Shown piece after piece: positions 1-13,696 of a stretch of DNA of 64,000 nucleotides. The DNA lies in the NCBI RefSeq assembly GCF_032062105.1, contig NW_026928915.1:124001-188000 (forward strand), in the 5' to 3' direction. Each line of letters starts with the position of its first letter. The stretch's first letter is position 1. The DNA comes from Saccostrea cucullata. Taxonomy: Eukaryota. The position numbers and the translations under genes were made by a program. The notes below the pieces were generated by a model. That model saw only the letters and a list, made by a program, of their open reading frames with translations, did no database searches and was not told where the DNA came from.

Positions 1-327
1 TAAAGAAGATTGGTTTATCTAAGATGCGTGCAATTTTCTGAAGTGAGTGCAATTTTTTTCACATAAAAATAAGATTTTAGTCCATGCAAAGAAAAACCAC
101 CCAAGGATAGCTGGACTGTAAAAAATCGTATTTATAAAAACAATGGGACTTGTTCAGACCCCTTGTTGATAGGCTGCTGATTTTTTTTTTTGTTGGAATT
201 TTTTATTTGTTTAAATATTTAAATGTATTTTAAATTGAAAAGTTGCATGATTTAGATAAAACAATTTTGGCAAGTATAAACCCTCCACAATCTAACCTTA
301 TCTTAGTTTTACGTATGCACACTTTCT

Positions 328-680
328 AAAACAAGGTAAATTATTGACAAACAAGTTGATGAAACAAGTATATTAGCAGTCTCGATTAAAGTAATAATTT
401 CATAAGTTTTCTGGTCGATATATAATGGCCTTGTCAGCAAATTCAATTTATCATTGAGTCAAATGATGACTGACGTTTTTTCATACTTATTGTTAGTCCT
501 TATTTACACATTGAATTGACGACGGATTTCCCGTTATTTCCCGATCATGACAAGGAGCACACGGCGGGTGTGATCTGATCCTACCTCTGATGTTTCGAAA
601 GGTCCGTGTTTTCTTTGCTCATATTTTGTATAATTATATGAACTTTTGAGCTTGAATACTATATCCATATATTTCATTTT
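328..680 (+). mobile_element. Penelope-like (Naiad-type) retroelement 3' fragment, degraded
   Basis: Matches the RT-thumb/3' segment of the longer copy at 9763-11160 (acaaacaagttgatgaaacaa...ggtcgata...gagtcaaatg..gactgacgttttt...cacacggcgggtgtga...cctctgatgttt). Ends approximate. Confidence 0.75.
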
Positions 681-691
681 ACTTTATGATA

Positions 692-1522
692 CTGTAAACC
701 AAGTATTATACGCGTGCGATAAATATCAGCGAGTTCCGCGAGTAACCTCTGCTCGCGGATATTTATCGTCGCGAACCAGTTGTTCATTATATTCCCATAT
801 CATGATTTATTTAGAGTTATTTACCCTTTTTCAATACCGATCCCGACGGTTCAACAAGTAATCACGGAAGAACTTTACTGTTAGTGTACAAGAAGCAGTT
901 GAAATTTAATTACAAACATCCAGAAAAAATAAAAACGAATGGCAAATCTAAAACTATTTGTCTAAAATGAATAAGATGTCAATAATAATTTCAGCTTGTG
1001 TTATTATTGTTCATTTATTGTTCCAGACGAGTCAGATATAGCGTGGTTAATTACGGCTAATTATGGCCCAGTCCTGCTCTGTCCAAACCATTTATAATAA
1101 TTGCCCCTTGGCTATGTAGATCTTAGAAAGCGTCGATTACCCATTTAGTATGAGGCACTTTTACAATTGAGAGTTTTAAATCAATTTTAATCTCCTAGAT
1201 TTTTTTTCTCCGATTTTCGTTTAAGCGTTGTGAAAATGCGTATGAAGTATACTCATGGTAAACATTTTACCCATGCACTTTAGGGGCGGATATAAGATTT
1301 TAAATGGACGCAATGCACAGAATGTCTTGAATAATGCGTAAGCAGACCTCACGCTACCATTTTACTTAGTTTATGGGCGGATATAAAATATTAATTTGAT
1401 TCAAAAATACCCGTGGAAATAAAAAAACGTGACCACTCGTTCGCGGAAATAAATCGTCGCGGATTAGTTCTCTAGCAGTCAGTCGCGAATAAAAAATGAC
1501 GCGTATAATAATTGGTTTACAG
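692..1522. mobile_element. Non-autonomous TIR element (MITE), Tc1/mariner-like TA TSD
   Basis: TIR CTGTAAACCAA(G/T)TATTATACGCGT at both ends, flanked by TA at 690-691 and 1523-1524; CG-rich subterminal repeats; no transposase. Confidence 0.8.
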
Positions 1523-3958
1523 TATGCGTTGAAACGCTTATCTACATCATTTCTTATTTTAAAATGTGACCTTCTGAGAAAATAAAGCAAAAACTTGATT
1601 CAGTTTCCAAAAAAAGTACACTTAAAGGATAAAAATATATTCATCTTTGGGGGAAGCCACACTTACAATAAAGTGCCTTGACCTAATTATGAGGACTCTA
1701 GAGCATATCGGTACTGTTTGCTGCCCACATCCTTCATAACACAGACAGCCAAGTAGACATACCGTGGTTTTCTGCCACAAAAAGAAAGTCTCTGACTTCA
1801 AGGGTATACATGTAACCACAACATATGCATCAGAAAGAAGTTTTTGTGAATATATCTTGTGTTATTTAAAATACATTCTTTTATCCTAACTTTATACATA
1901 TTATACAATGAATAAACCGGAATCTAAAGCAAGAGTGTTTCAAACCGCCTCATGCTGCAATGTTGAGATTTTAAAAAAATTGATGATGTGAAGTTTTAGT
2001 CATGAATATAAACGTCGTCTTGAATATAAAAATCAAATCAATGCATTATATAGATTTTATAGATTTTAATTGATTTAGCAAAAACTTTAAGTATATAACA
2101 GGTTCATTTGAGTTCTCATTGACCTTTGAAAACTTCTTTAAATGAATATGCCAATTTAAAAACCCGTGAACTCAAGTGCTTGAATTACTTCAAAATTGAT
2201 TCATCTTGTGTATTGGATATAAAATCAGTACCAATGTATGCAAACAATTTGTAGGGGGAAAACTTCTTGTGTCCTCATAGTTTTTATTTAGTGCTGCTAA
2301 TATAATCCTATAGTGGTTTTCTTTTTTGTGAAACCGTTAGCGAGTGTGAAGAAAGAGCTTTGTGTTAATGTACTACTCTCATAGTTACATGCATGCAGGT
2401 ACTTTGTCCAACATGATGTTTCCCTCTTATGAAAAGGAAGGAAAATGCTTCATTCTTATAACTAAAATAAAATTGTCCTCATCATTCAGCGCGCACTTGC
2501 ATGTTTGAAGCCCATTTTCTGCATGTGTTCACATGTTGATTAAAGAAATTAATGATTAAGATGCCGTTATCAAGGGAAATACCCTTGAAAGAATTGCAGC
2601 TTGAATCAAATGAAGATTTTAAAGGTTTACCGAGTATTTACGCTTATTAAAGATAAAAAAGAAAATGCATTGCATTGGAATACTACTTCCAAAACGTCCC
2701 GTAAAACATATTTACATAGCTCTTCACGATAATAAGAGTTTACCCACGGAACTCATTAAAAAAGAGTTAGAATGTTTTTTCTATTAATTCTAATGTCAAC
2801 TGAATTGAATAATTAGGAAGTAATAATTGAAGGTAAATTATTTTAAAGGAATCCTTTTAGCAAGTTATGCAATCTTGAAATCCAAGTCAACACAATAAAA
2901 ACTGCAGACATTTATACGAATAGATGGCTCTAAGGAACTCTTGAGAGAATCAGTTTGTAGAAAGCTTTATGAATGTTTGGCGACAAAATCGGTGAACGAT
3001 AAATGTGGACCGGTGCACGAATCTTTAATTAATCTGCGGTCTTATCTTCAAATCCGATCGCACGATGTCAAATTACATATTAATTTAATTTCATTAATGA
3101 TCAGTCAAAGACTATCAGTTCTTAAGATCTGTACTCCCCATTTAACACCATTTGTTTGAAAAAAATTTAAAGCTGACAGTAATATATGATGATCAGAAAG
3201 CATATGAATAATTATGCAATTTCATTTTAATATTGCTATTTAATTCTTCATATGTTGATGCCTTCGCTAAGAATTTTGCTAAAGGAACTCGTAGGATCGT
3301 AGAGTACAAATAAAAGAAACCACACCCAAAGAAGAAAATATTGAAAATGTGACTTGTTTCAAGAGAAATATTTTTTAAAATTCATTTTAAAGTATAAACA
3401 CCCTGACAAAATGCAAAAAGGAAACGGTTAAGTACGCAGCTATATATATATATATATTTAGAATCCTTTGTTATTGCACTTCTCGCTTCAGCGAAAGAAA
3501 TCTGAATATTGAATGGTAAAAATTATCTTTAAAAATTGATTTTATATGATTAAAGAGAAATTATATCGATTGGTTCACAAGAAGAGATAAACAATTAATA
3601 AATATTTGGTGTACTTTTTTCAGGATATGTTAGGATAACGGAAAGTCGGGAGATTTGACACTTTAAAGATAGAACATGAAATATATCCCTCTTCAAACAA
3701 CGCCACGTTATCTCAAAAGTGCGGTAATATGACCTTCGATTGTATGAAAGGTAAATGAGGTGCAAATTTCCTGCAGTTATTGTAAAGGTAAAGAACAATG
3801 TATTGAAGTGCAGTACATCATAAGAAGAATAAAGTGATGCTAACCGTAGTTATCTCTGCACCATTACCAATCAAAACATAAAAAGATAGAACAACATTAG
3901 ACGATTTAATGATTTAACAGAATGAGGTAATGGGAAGTTTAAACTGTTCAACAAGCTT

Positions 3959-5179
3959 TTACAATCGATGATGTCTATCCGGAACATCTCGCAGAAAAAT
4001 CAACTTTTTAAATCGTTTTTGGGCTTTCAATTTCATTTTTAAGTGCTGGTCCGTATTATCTTCTGGTTCTTTTAAGACATTTTTAAATGGCTCCAGTCGC
4101 ACCATAGGAGTAACATTCTGTCCTTGTTCACGACGGGGTAACTTCCCCACCTTTTTCTTGTCAAAAATCAACAGCTCATCATTCGGAGTTTGGTGTTCCG
4201 GAATGGCCACGAGCTGGGATTGCAGGTTGAGGACATTTCTTGGCGACTGTTTGGGGGGTGGGGAAGGCAGTGTTCGTTCACTCTTTGCCGATCTCTTTTG
4301 GGACGCCACGTCATTTTCAGGAATATCTGCGAGATCTGGTTTGTTTATCTGCATACGTTTGGCACGATTCGGTCTTCTTTTGAAAGCCTCCACATTCGCT
4401 TTATTTAAGTCTAAGCTATCACTATCAGTGTCTGAATTTTCAGAGTCTTGTTCTTTATCTGAACTTTCTATCGGTGGTAATGTTGGCAAAGTACTAAAGT
4501 CTTTAGGGATTTTAGGAGTTGGCGATTCATTGTTGGCACTTTTACTAAGGTTCCTAGAAGACTTTCTATTCCCTGCACCAGGTAGCGGCCGACCGGTAGG
4601 AGAGGGCGTGTGATTATGAATATTATCCATTTCTATGTATCTCAATGTGTCCTCCTTATTTCCCTTATTTCTTATACTAAAATCCACTATATCATATAAA
4701 TCTGAAGCACTCACAAAACTGATTTTCACTTGATGGGACTTTTTGTTATACCGTTCTGGTAGAGAAGGCAGGGATAGTCTTGAGGCTGATTTTGGCTTGT
4801 CTCTCCGAGGTTTGTTTGACTTTGACTTGGCATTCTTGCCTATGAGTTCATCAAATGATGCTGGTCTTCTATCCTTGTTTTTGGTTAGAGGTATCTTTGG
4901 AATATGTTTCGCTCTTACGTATAAGGGTGAATCACTGGATAACATCCCTTCAACACTATTTTTGGTGTTGGTCATCTTACGCATGCGCTCTGTATAAGCT
5001 AACATAGACTCCTTTAGGCCTCTTTCGCGATTTATCATTCTAGACAAAGAAACATCGAACTCTTTTTCATAATGTAAAAGTCGTCGATCATATTCCTGCT
5101 TCAGACGGGAGATCTGGGACGCTGCACGGTTTTCTGTTTGAAAAATTCCTGAACTACTTGAACTAGATGAAGAAGACAT
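3959..5179 (-). CDS. Uncharacterised 406-aa protein, single coding exon, largely low-complexity (S/P/K/R-rich) with a likely N-terminal coiled-coil
   Basis: 1221-nt open frame in AT-rich DNA. Strong acceptor (tctttcatttcag) opens the exon at 5294, 115 nt before the ATG. No domain recognised. Confidence 0.8.
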   Translation of the reverse strand: MSSSSSSSSSGIFQTENRAASQISRLKQEYDRRLLHYEKEFDVSLSRMINRERGLKESMLAYTERMRKMTNTKNSVEGMLSSDSPLYVRAKHIPKIPLTKNKDRRPASFDELIGKNAKSKSNKPRRDKPKSASRLSLPSLPERYNKKSHQVKISFVSASDLYDIVDFSIRNKGNKEDTLRYIEMDNIHNHTPSPTGRPLPGAGNRKSSRNLSKSANNESPTPKIPKDFSTLPTLPPIESSDKEQDSENSDTDSDSLDLNKANVEAFKRRPNRAKRMQINKPDLADIPENDVASQKRSAKSERTLPSPPPKQSPRNVLNLQSQLVAIPEHQTPNDELLIFDKKKVGKLPRREQGQNVTPMVRLEPFKNVLKEPEDNTDQHLKMKLKAQKRFKKLIFLRDVPDRHHRL

Positions 5180-7671
5180 TTTCTAGTAGAAAACTAAAAT
5201 TCAAGTGATTTCCAACTCCATTTTCCTGCTCACGTCTGTTGTGAATTTAATGTTTTGATGATGATAAGATCTTTAAACAAGACGACAGTCTAATCTGAAA
5301 TGAAAGAATGAATATTTCTGTTTAAGCTTAAAGGTAACAATGGGCAGGTTTGATTATCTAAGATAAATAGAGATCACGAAATATTTCTATTCAGAGATTA
5401 CAAAACTTGGTATTCTATTTCTTGAATTTTAAATAATACTTTATTAACTACAAGGTCGCATCAAAACCTTTGTTAGATACACGTCTGGCTGATGAAGTAT
5501 ATTTCTATGTTTATATAACGTAATACTTGACTGGGGGCCTTAACAATGATACTGTGTTTTCTGATCAACTAAGTAGACCTTGAACGTAATTGACTGATTG
5601 TCAGAAAATTACGATGTTGAAAGGAACAGCATTAAGACCTCTTTGCAGACTTGTAACCTTTTAGTTTATCTAGGTCCTCTGTTTTGAATCTTGATTAACT
5701 AAGCTGAATAATATACTCTATCTGAATGGGTATTCAATAATTCATTGCAACATAGTTATGCAAGGATGAAATTCAATCCTGCATGGATATGCAGTTTCTG
5801 GCGATTTAATGCTTTCTTAAGACTAACTATCCTTGGGGTATACTCTTCAAATCATACAGTTTCAGTTGTCAGAATGAAAGCACACGGGTACTTTTATTAA
5901 TGCTGCACACCAAAGATGAAAGTCAGACATATATTTTAAGTTACGATTATTTGTAAGGTACGAGCCAAGAATACCGAGATTTTTCACGGTACCAAAGAAA
6001 AAGCAACAAAATGTGCAAAGAAATATTTCGAAAAATTAGAGCAGGAGTATCAGATGAAAATTTTATATGGCAATGAATATGAAACAGATGCGTTTTGTGA
6101 AGCAATTAAAATTTAAATAAGATAACACGATTCTTTACTTTAAAAGATCAAAGCAAAGAAAAACAAGAGTCGATAGACATGTTTGAAATAAAGAATGGAT
6201 TTTTGCATACATGTCACCCAATTCAGAAAGGGCTCAATGTGGTCCACTTTTCTTTTAAAGTGAGATGTTTTATTTTCCTAAAAGCAGTAAATGCCCTCGA
6301 TCATTAAAACACAATCTTCTAAAAGCCCTCATATGTGTCAAGTAGATACTTGAGTTTTGTAGTGTTTGAAATTTATAAATTTCAAGACAAATCAGGCATT
6401 GATTTCAAGTCTTGGAGATATATTCTTATGATGTCTTGTACAATTGTCATTTGATTTAATGGTCAACAGACTTCAAAGAAGGAATTTCTCAGCGAATATC
6501 TCTCCACACCTGTGGACCAGGTAGAATATTACGAAATTCGGGAATTATTTTAAAATCCCTTTTATATTTCAGTTCCTTACATAATGTCCGAAAGCTCATC
6601 AATAAGACCTATAGACTTTAAAAAACCTTTGGTTACATATGTCCAAGTTGATATCCCCTGAAACTTTTTAAATGGCTCGAGGTAAAAAATTTTCATACAT
6701 TTTTAAACATATTTGTCTTTCATTCTGTTGAGGAAATTATTTCAGATTTACCCCATTAGAGACCATAAAATTTAAAAATCTCTTCTCGCCTTATTTATAC
6801 GATTGTTATATTTTGCTAGGTTTCAGAATGGGGAAATAGTACTCAAGAATTTTAGAAATAAAACCAAAGTTTGATACGTGTGTCCTTCAACATTTATGTA
6901 TTGATTTCGGCATTCTATACAATAATTGATTGTCTCTGGTTACTTTCAATTCTCCAAATGTAATTTATAATGAAAGGTACCCAACTTTTTGGGTTTAAAT
7001 CATGTTTGCAGCCCGATCAAAGTAAATAAAAGTTGCAATTCTTTAAGTTAGGAAAACTAACATTAAATGGGGAATTTAAACCATGTGCAAATAAAACAGG
7101 TTTAAATTTTTTTTAGCGAATAAACAGAAAGGGATATGTTTACAAACATAGAAGAATATACTTTAATGTTTTTTTTTCACGTGCTTGGTCAGAACCGTAA
7201 ATACTGACAATTTCACTTTGTGACCAAGATTTAGTATGGGAGGGAAAAAAACAACAACATACAAACGATGTACATAGTGTGAAGGTTTATCATGATCATA
7301 CCAACGCAGATACTCAAAGTAACAAAAACAGGTGATTTAACTTTTTATATACAAGTCCGTATCTAAACTTTGGATTAAATCTACATTTCGCTGCTCATAT
7401 TTCCCAAATATTAGTTAAGCATTACTGAATCGCCTGTTTATTTTAAAAAATTCTCGAATCGTCTAAATTAAGAAAGTAATAATGAAATGAAGTCCTCAAA
7501 ACTGCTGTACGAATCATTGATTCACAAGGTTGTGGGATTTTGATTTTACAAAAAAGAAAAATCTTTGAAATGAAAAGCAAATGTATTAAGGAAGAGATTT
7601 TTAAACACTATGTACGGAGAATATTGAGTTCATGGAGGGGAAATAAATTATCAGAAGGGTTAATTATATGC

Positions 7672-7674
<3 letters not shown>

Positions 7675-7736
<62 letters not shown>
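7675..7736. repeat. (TA)31 microsatellite
   Basis: Direct read. Confidence 0.97.
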
Positions 7737-7739
<3 letters not shown>

Positions 7740-8340
7740 GATTTTAAAAAGAAACTATGCCCGATATCAAATTAAGTTACTTAAGTGTATCTGAATCTAT
7801 CACCGAGCCTTTGTAAATCGGTACGCTCGTGTAAGAAAGAACAAAGATTTCATCAGGTGTCTACATTAAAATCTTCAACACGAAGTTGGCGACGATTTGT
7901 CAAAGTCTGAGTATTAATATCACGAAAATCGCTCTTAAAAACTTACCTTTCTGTAAGATAGAAAAAATCTCCAAGTAAACGCTACACAGAAGAGAACATT
8001 TAAAACTCTTCTGTACATATAAAGAGAGAAAATATCGACACAAACTCTTAATTATCCCAAAGACTATTTGTGCATTGTCAAGACCCTCGACTGTGTCTTT
8101 AAAAAATACATTTAAAGAGCCGGTGATTGTATACACAACAGATTTGGGAGATAAATACCTTTAGATAATGGCATGCTCCCACTTCTGCCATCCAAAGATC
8201 TCGGGTAACTAGAATATTCAAATCGAGTGCGCCGCGCTCTCCGATCTAACTCTGGGTATCGACCCGCCATAAGCAATCCACCGATAGAGAGATATACATG
8301 TATTCATTTAATACCTACATGTAAGGCTTCTAAAATATTG

Positions 8341-8347
8341 ACTTACG
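8341..8347 (-). other. Candidate splice donor (C|GTAAGT) ending a 5'UTR exon of the 406-aa gene
   Basis: Consensus donor upstream of the acceptor at 5295-5296; the pairing is inferred only. Confidence 0.35.
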
Positions 8348-9129
8348 TTTCCTTAGACTAACCGAGCTGAATTTAAGTCTACTGGGCTGTTATGATGCGG
8401 GTTTAAGGCTTCATTGCTTCTGACATTCTGAACATATTCTTTGTAACCGGGGATGTTAATAATTCGAATGATTGAAATATCGCTTGATTTTTTTTTGAAA
8501 ATCAATGTCAGTTTTTTTCCCCCTTTTCATTCGTAGTTAATTTGAAGTCATTGCCTTTTCCAATTTATCAAAGTCCTTGTTTATGATCCAAAATTGATCG
8601 TATTTCAACGTAGACTAAAAGGTTTTTATTGAAATTGCAAGTGAGAAAATACGCAAAGGGCCCGAAATTTACACATTAAAGCAAACGAAACATGTACAAT
8701 TTAGCCTTAGCAGCATCGCGGCAATTTCAGTTTAACACTTTCATGTAAGTTATATAGAGTTACAAGTAAAAAACTTCGTTGGAATGGGAATGACTTTACT
8801 TGAATGTGTTACAAAGATATTAAAGTATTGTCCATATTGTTCTGTATGACCTGGAGTACCCATGTGACTTAGCAACTTTAAATTAGACAATTAAGAAATA
8901 ATGAAGTCGACCCCATTTAAGCAATTTATGTTTATTTATGCGTATAGAAAATAAGGAGAATAACACAGATAGTTAGAAGTAAGGGCACTCATAGTGTTCA
9001 TTTTTAATTGCAGAGCAATTATGGGGCATTTCTTTTTGTGTGCATCTGAACAGAGATAATCAAAATTATGGATGTCTTTGTAAAATAAAAATCACAATCA
9101 TTTATTCATCTTTTTATCTAATTTTCACA

Positions 9130-9762
9130 ATAGAAATCGGGACACAGAGCGAACCCAAACCTTCAGAACATCAGAGGTTGGAACAAGTGACATCCAACTG
9201 TCGACAGTTCACATCCGATGATCGCTCCTTTTCATGATCGGAGAAAACGGAATAATCCTCAGACAATTCATTGTGAAAATAATGGCATAAAAACAATATG
9301 AAAACTTCAGTAAACATTTGACTTAATGACGAATAATATTATTGACCAAGATATTGTATCGACCATATATAAAATCTGAAAAACGATGACTTTAAACGAG
9401 ATTTTAATATCCTTGTTTTACCAACTTGTCAATAGCTTGCCTCGTTTTAGAAGTAGTTCTTATTTAGAGCAGTTTCTTCTGTATCTAATCAAATGGGAGA
9501 AAAAACCCTTTGCAGGTGGTAAGGATGAATATCTACAGAAACAAGGGAAGTGGATGCTAAAAAAGTTAGTCATTACATTTATCTTGGAGTAATGTTATGT
9601 GTCTATTAACGTCTCTTTCTAGTAATGTATCCAAATGTATGTGTGAAAGAGATGTGTCAGACTCTGTTGTCTGTTTCACTTCAAGCTCAATGTGACATAT
9701 TGCGTCTACAAATGAGAGTAACTATTGTTTACGGATAAAACTTCGTCTATATATCCAAGAAG
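9130..9762 (-). mobile_element. Penelope-like (Naiad-type) fragment, older and more degraded, head-to-tail with the next copy
   Basis: Degenerate version of 9763-10460, from the YIDD region to the 3' motif. Confidence 0.65.
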
Positions 9763-11160
9763 GACATGGAGATAACGAACAGTATTCAATATGGAAGTCC
9801 ATAAAACAATACAGAATAGGAGCAGAGCAAACACGGACCTCCGAAACATCAGAGGTGGGATCAGGTGCCATGGAGGAGTGAGCATCCCCTGCTGACCGGT
9901 GACACCCGCCGTGTGATCGTTGTCATGATCGTGAAATAACGGAAAAATCCGTCGTCAATTCAGTGTATAAATAATGGACTAACAATTGGTATGAAAAACG
10001 TCAGTCAGCATTTGACTCAATGATAAGTTTTATTTGCTGACAAGGTCATTGTATCGACCATAGAACTTACGAAATGATGACTTTAAATGAGACTGCTGAT
10101 ATTATTGTTTCATCAGCTTGCTTGTCAATAACTTACCTCGTTCTAGAAATTGTTCGTACGTAGAGCATGCTCTTGCGTATCGAATCAACTGAGATAGATA
10201 CACTCCGTATGCAGGTGATGAAGATATATTGCTGCATAAGTAAGGGAAGTTGACGATAGAAAAGTTAAAGTCGTCACGTTTATCATATAACTTGGTTGTT
10301 AGGTTACCATTAACGTCTTACAAGTAAAATATCCAAGTATGAAAAAGATGTGTCAGAGTCTGTGGTATCTTTTATCTCAAGCTCTCCTGGATATATCGTA
10401 TCGACGTAGGAATGGAAATTACCATTGTTAATTGACAATACGTCGTCGATATATCTGAAGGTTGAGTTGAATGCCACAGCAAGTGTTTTCTTCTTTTCAC
10501 GCATAAGATTTTGCATAAATTCTGCTTCATATGAATAAAAAAATAATGAGAAGTTGAAAATCACAAGTTTTTCTTCTTATGTATTACTTAAGGTTTTGAA
10601 TTAATTCTGCTTTATATGAATACTAAAGTAGCTTTGTTGAAATTGTTGGAAGACTTAGCCTTCTAGAACTACAGAGATTTTGTCGATCAAAACTCAAACA
10701 TTTTTTAATATCAACTTTGGAGTTCTGTGTATACAATAAAAATGTTTTTTTTACAAAATGATTTTGCAAATGACCAATGGCACGATAAGAAAATTAACGC
10801 GTTTCATTTTTACATTTAAAAAAGCTGTCATTGAAGACATAAACTCTGGACTTTTAATTTAGGGTATTTATGGTGGGAATAGTAACTTATAGTGTCGACA
10901 ACTCATACGTTTTGATGTTATTGATTTTGGTAAAATTTTATTTCAAATTTTCTTAAATTTCCGTGGAATTTTTAAAGTTTCCACGTCTGATTAACATCAC
11001 TTCTCAAATATATTTTGTACAGATATTCTGACGTTTCTCCTTCATTGGTGTGTAATTATTCAAATAAGGATTAAAGAAAGAGGCCTGGTAGAACATTTAC
11101 TGGAACCCGTTAGGCTAGTTATCTTTGTTTGTGAGAATGTTTGTGAAGTGCAGAGGTATT
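9763..11160 (-). mobile_element. Penelope-like retroelement, disrupted RT (Naiad-type organisation inferred)
   Basis: Across frameshifts reads GSSKCSTRPLS...VNQTW...NIKTYELSTL...FNSTFRYIDDVLSINN...YPGELEIKDTT...SYLD...LTTKLYDKRDDFNFSIVNFPYLCSNI...PAYGVYLSQLIRYARACS...MLTDVFHTNC*. Stop at 9979-9981 directly after the thumb, with no C-terminal GIY-YIG; about 200-nt 3' tail follows. Confidence 0.85.
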
Positions 11161-11844
11161 TTTAAAAAAAATCAGTTTTGCGTGTAAATTAAAAATTCGA
11201 TTAAAAAAAATATTTAACTTAAATACCTGTACTTTTTGATGACTCGCGATTGTTAAGTTTCGGGGACATGGGTATTTAATTGGATGTATATTTGTGGTTC
11301 GTCACCTCTGCCTGAATCAAATTAATGCACTTAAATTCCATTTATTTGGAATCGCACTTTAACACTCTCATCTCTATTTAAGACAGGTTCTAACTATGTC
11401 AAAAGAAGTACAGAATATTATTTAATTCTTACTGCGCTTACAGGTATTTATTTTTCCCAGTATTTTAAAGATAGAATAACTGCCTAAATTTACAGGGTGG
11501 TCCCACGATTTAAAGCAAGGGTCGCAAAAATTAAGATAAAAATATTTTGAAAAAAAAGCAAAACAAATGCATTTTTTTTCATATGGTTTCTAAATCTGTA
11601 TATAAATTAAAATAAATGAATACATACATCTACACTATTTTTTCTGCAAAAAGTCTATATCCGTATATATAACTGTAAAGTGTCGGTACTTTCTTCTCAC
11701 TCAAACTACTTTGACATTTTCAGAGTAGCCAAATCAACTTTTTGAGTATGATTGGTGGTGCTTCGAACATGTGCGAAACGGTTTTGACCCCCCCCCCCCC
11801 ATCCCCTCTTGGGCCAATTGGGGTTTTAAAAAAACTGGTACCTT

Positions 11845-12185
11845 AATCTCCTCTTACATGTTTCAAAATAGTACAATCACATTTAAAATGTCATTGGGAG
11901 TGCTCTCTACATTTGCAGTAAGGTTTTGGAATTTCCATTTTCTCCTTCCGGGGATGTATTGGTTTTAAAAACGTTCTCCTACAAAAATCTGCTTTCGTGA
12001 AGTCCTCTGACATTGTTTGTAGTAACAAAATCATCTTTTGGAATGTGATTAGGGGTGTTCTCTACATATGCAAAAATATCCTTTTTTACCCTCCAGAACT
12101 GTTTGTGGTAAAAAAGATGTCTTTTCCCCCTACAAAACCTGTTTCTCTGAATTCCTCTGACATTTTTTTGCAGAAGTCAAATATT
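11845..12185. repeat. Diverged ~150-bp tandem repeat, 2+ units
   Basis: Motifs tctctacat, cctacaaaa and cctctgacatt each recur at 150-156-nt spacing. Confidence 0.5.
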
Positions 12186-13696
12186 TTGTTGTTTTTTTTA
12201 AATCTAGTTCCTTTAAGTCGTTTTACAACTTCAAATTAGCCCAATTATATTTCGGAAGAAGCAGTTTATATCCTGTGGTTGTGCATTTAAGTTTTGAAAC
12301 TACTTTCATCCTTGGACTGATTTGGGTTAAAATCAACCTTATTTGTATATGATTGTTGTTCTTCCCTTGTTATCAAAATGTGAAGATGGGTGCATTTAGA
12401 ATCAAACTTCTATGTGCAAATATTACTGTTGGATGATTCTGGTACACATATACATTGCTGTGAATGGACCTCTGTTATATTCTATAATCCGTTTTCATAT
12501 TACTATACAAAAAAAATTGGTATTTCTTATGCAAAATTTGCAAATGACAAATATTTGTCATGTACAAATGGTCCAGTATCAAAATTTATGTAAAAAACCT
12601 TATCCGAAGGCACAGAGATTTTTTTTTAAATACTAAGTATTGACAATAAAGAGAAAAAAGATAATTTTATCTTGGGTGAATGCCGAATAATTTATTCTCT
12701 GAATAAGAACTAATTCCATACATATTACATCAGGTTTTTAAATTTAGTGCCACACAAAATCTTTCCTTTGTAAAGCCTACTCAATAATTTCAGTTTATTT
12801 ATACATGAAAGCAATAAGACAACCCTTCTCAGCTATACAAATGTCATGGAAAACAAACAATCTCATTGATATGTAGCTCTTATTTATTAGGGAGAACGAA
12901 ATTGTCAATTTTATGTATTACACTGTGAGCAAGATTTTAACACATACTCTTTCACCTGCGGAAGCTTATCAAAATCTAATAGTTTCTCACCACTGAATAT
13001 AAAATGACAGAAAATCCATCACGTAAACTCGTTTAATTCGAAAAACTTGGTGACGATGAATGACATACGCCCTCTTTCAAAAAGTAAGGTGCCTATTAAC
13101 TCCACAGATTTCCACTTTTATATAGATGGTACGTGTATATTTGGCACAACATTTACATTTTCATTTGTGACCCTAAAGAGGCAAGAATTGAAGCTTTGTT
13201 TTCTTACAATGACAACTAAGATTACCTTCTCAACTTTGTTGTCCAGGATTTGGAAAGTCCTTCGTAAAAGTTTTAGACGTTGGGTTTTAAGTAGGAAACA
13301 AACATGGGTGGTTTGGATTCGGAATTTGTTCGTAAAAGTTCAGAAAGAGACAAAATTGATTGACAGAAAGGCGGACACGATTTGCAAAGCACTAATAGGA
13401 AATGAAATATTATTTGATATCACATTCTGTTTGACATATAAACTTGATATCCTCTCAAGATTAAATATAATTGTATAAAAGATTTCTTCTTTCGTGAAGT
13501 GCTCTTCTCTCACCAAAGTACAAGGACCTCCAGACAGCAACGTTCTCCAACCCATGAAAGAGACCCTTTTTTAGGGAGCCTTATATTTGTGGACGATATT
13601 TTGGTTTTCCTCAAAAGAGGTCACAAAATTCCAAGATAAGACTAAAGTGACTTGTATATTTCTTTGTCCCAAAAGTCAGTCTGTTATCTAACAAAT

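Noticed and set aside
4158-4997. Plus-strand ORFs overlapping the 406-aa gene
   Set aside because: Antisense shadows with no independent support.
9840-9860. CTGATG in the retroelement tail as a hammerhead core; selenocysteine recoding of the RT
   Set aside because: The sequence is CTGATGTT, not CTGANGA with a matching GAAA. RT interruptions in the best-preserved segment are TAA stops and a frameshift, not in-frame TGA.
12390-12636. Cys-containing short ORFs as a third peptide-precursor paralogue
   Set aside because: No CCC-P-x-IFP, GKR or CCWC motif, no signal exon and no matching splice phases.
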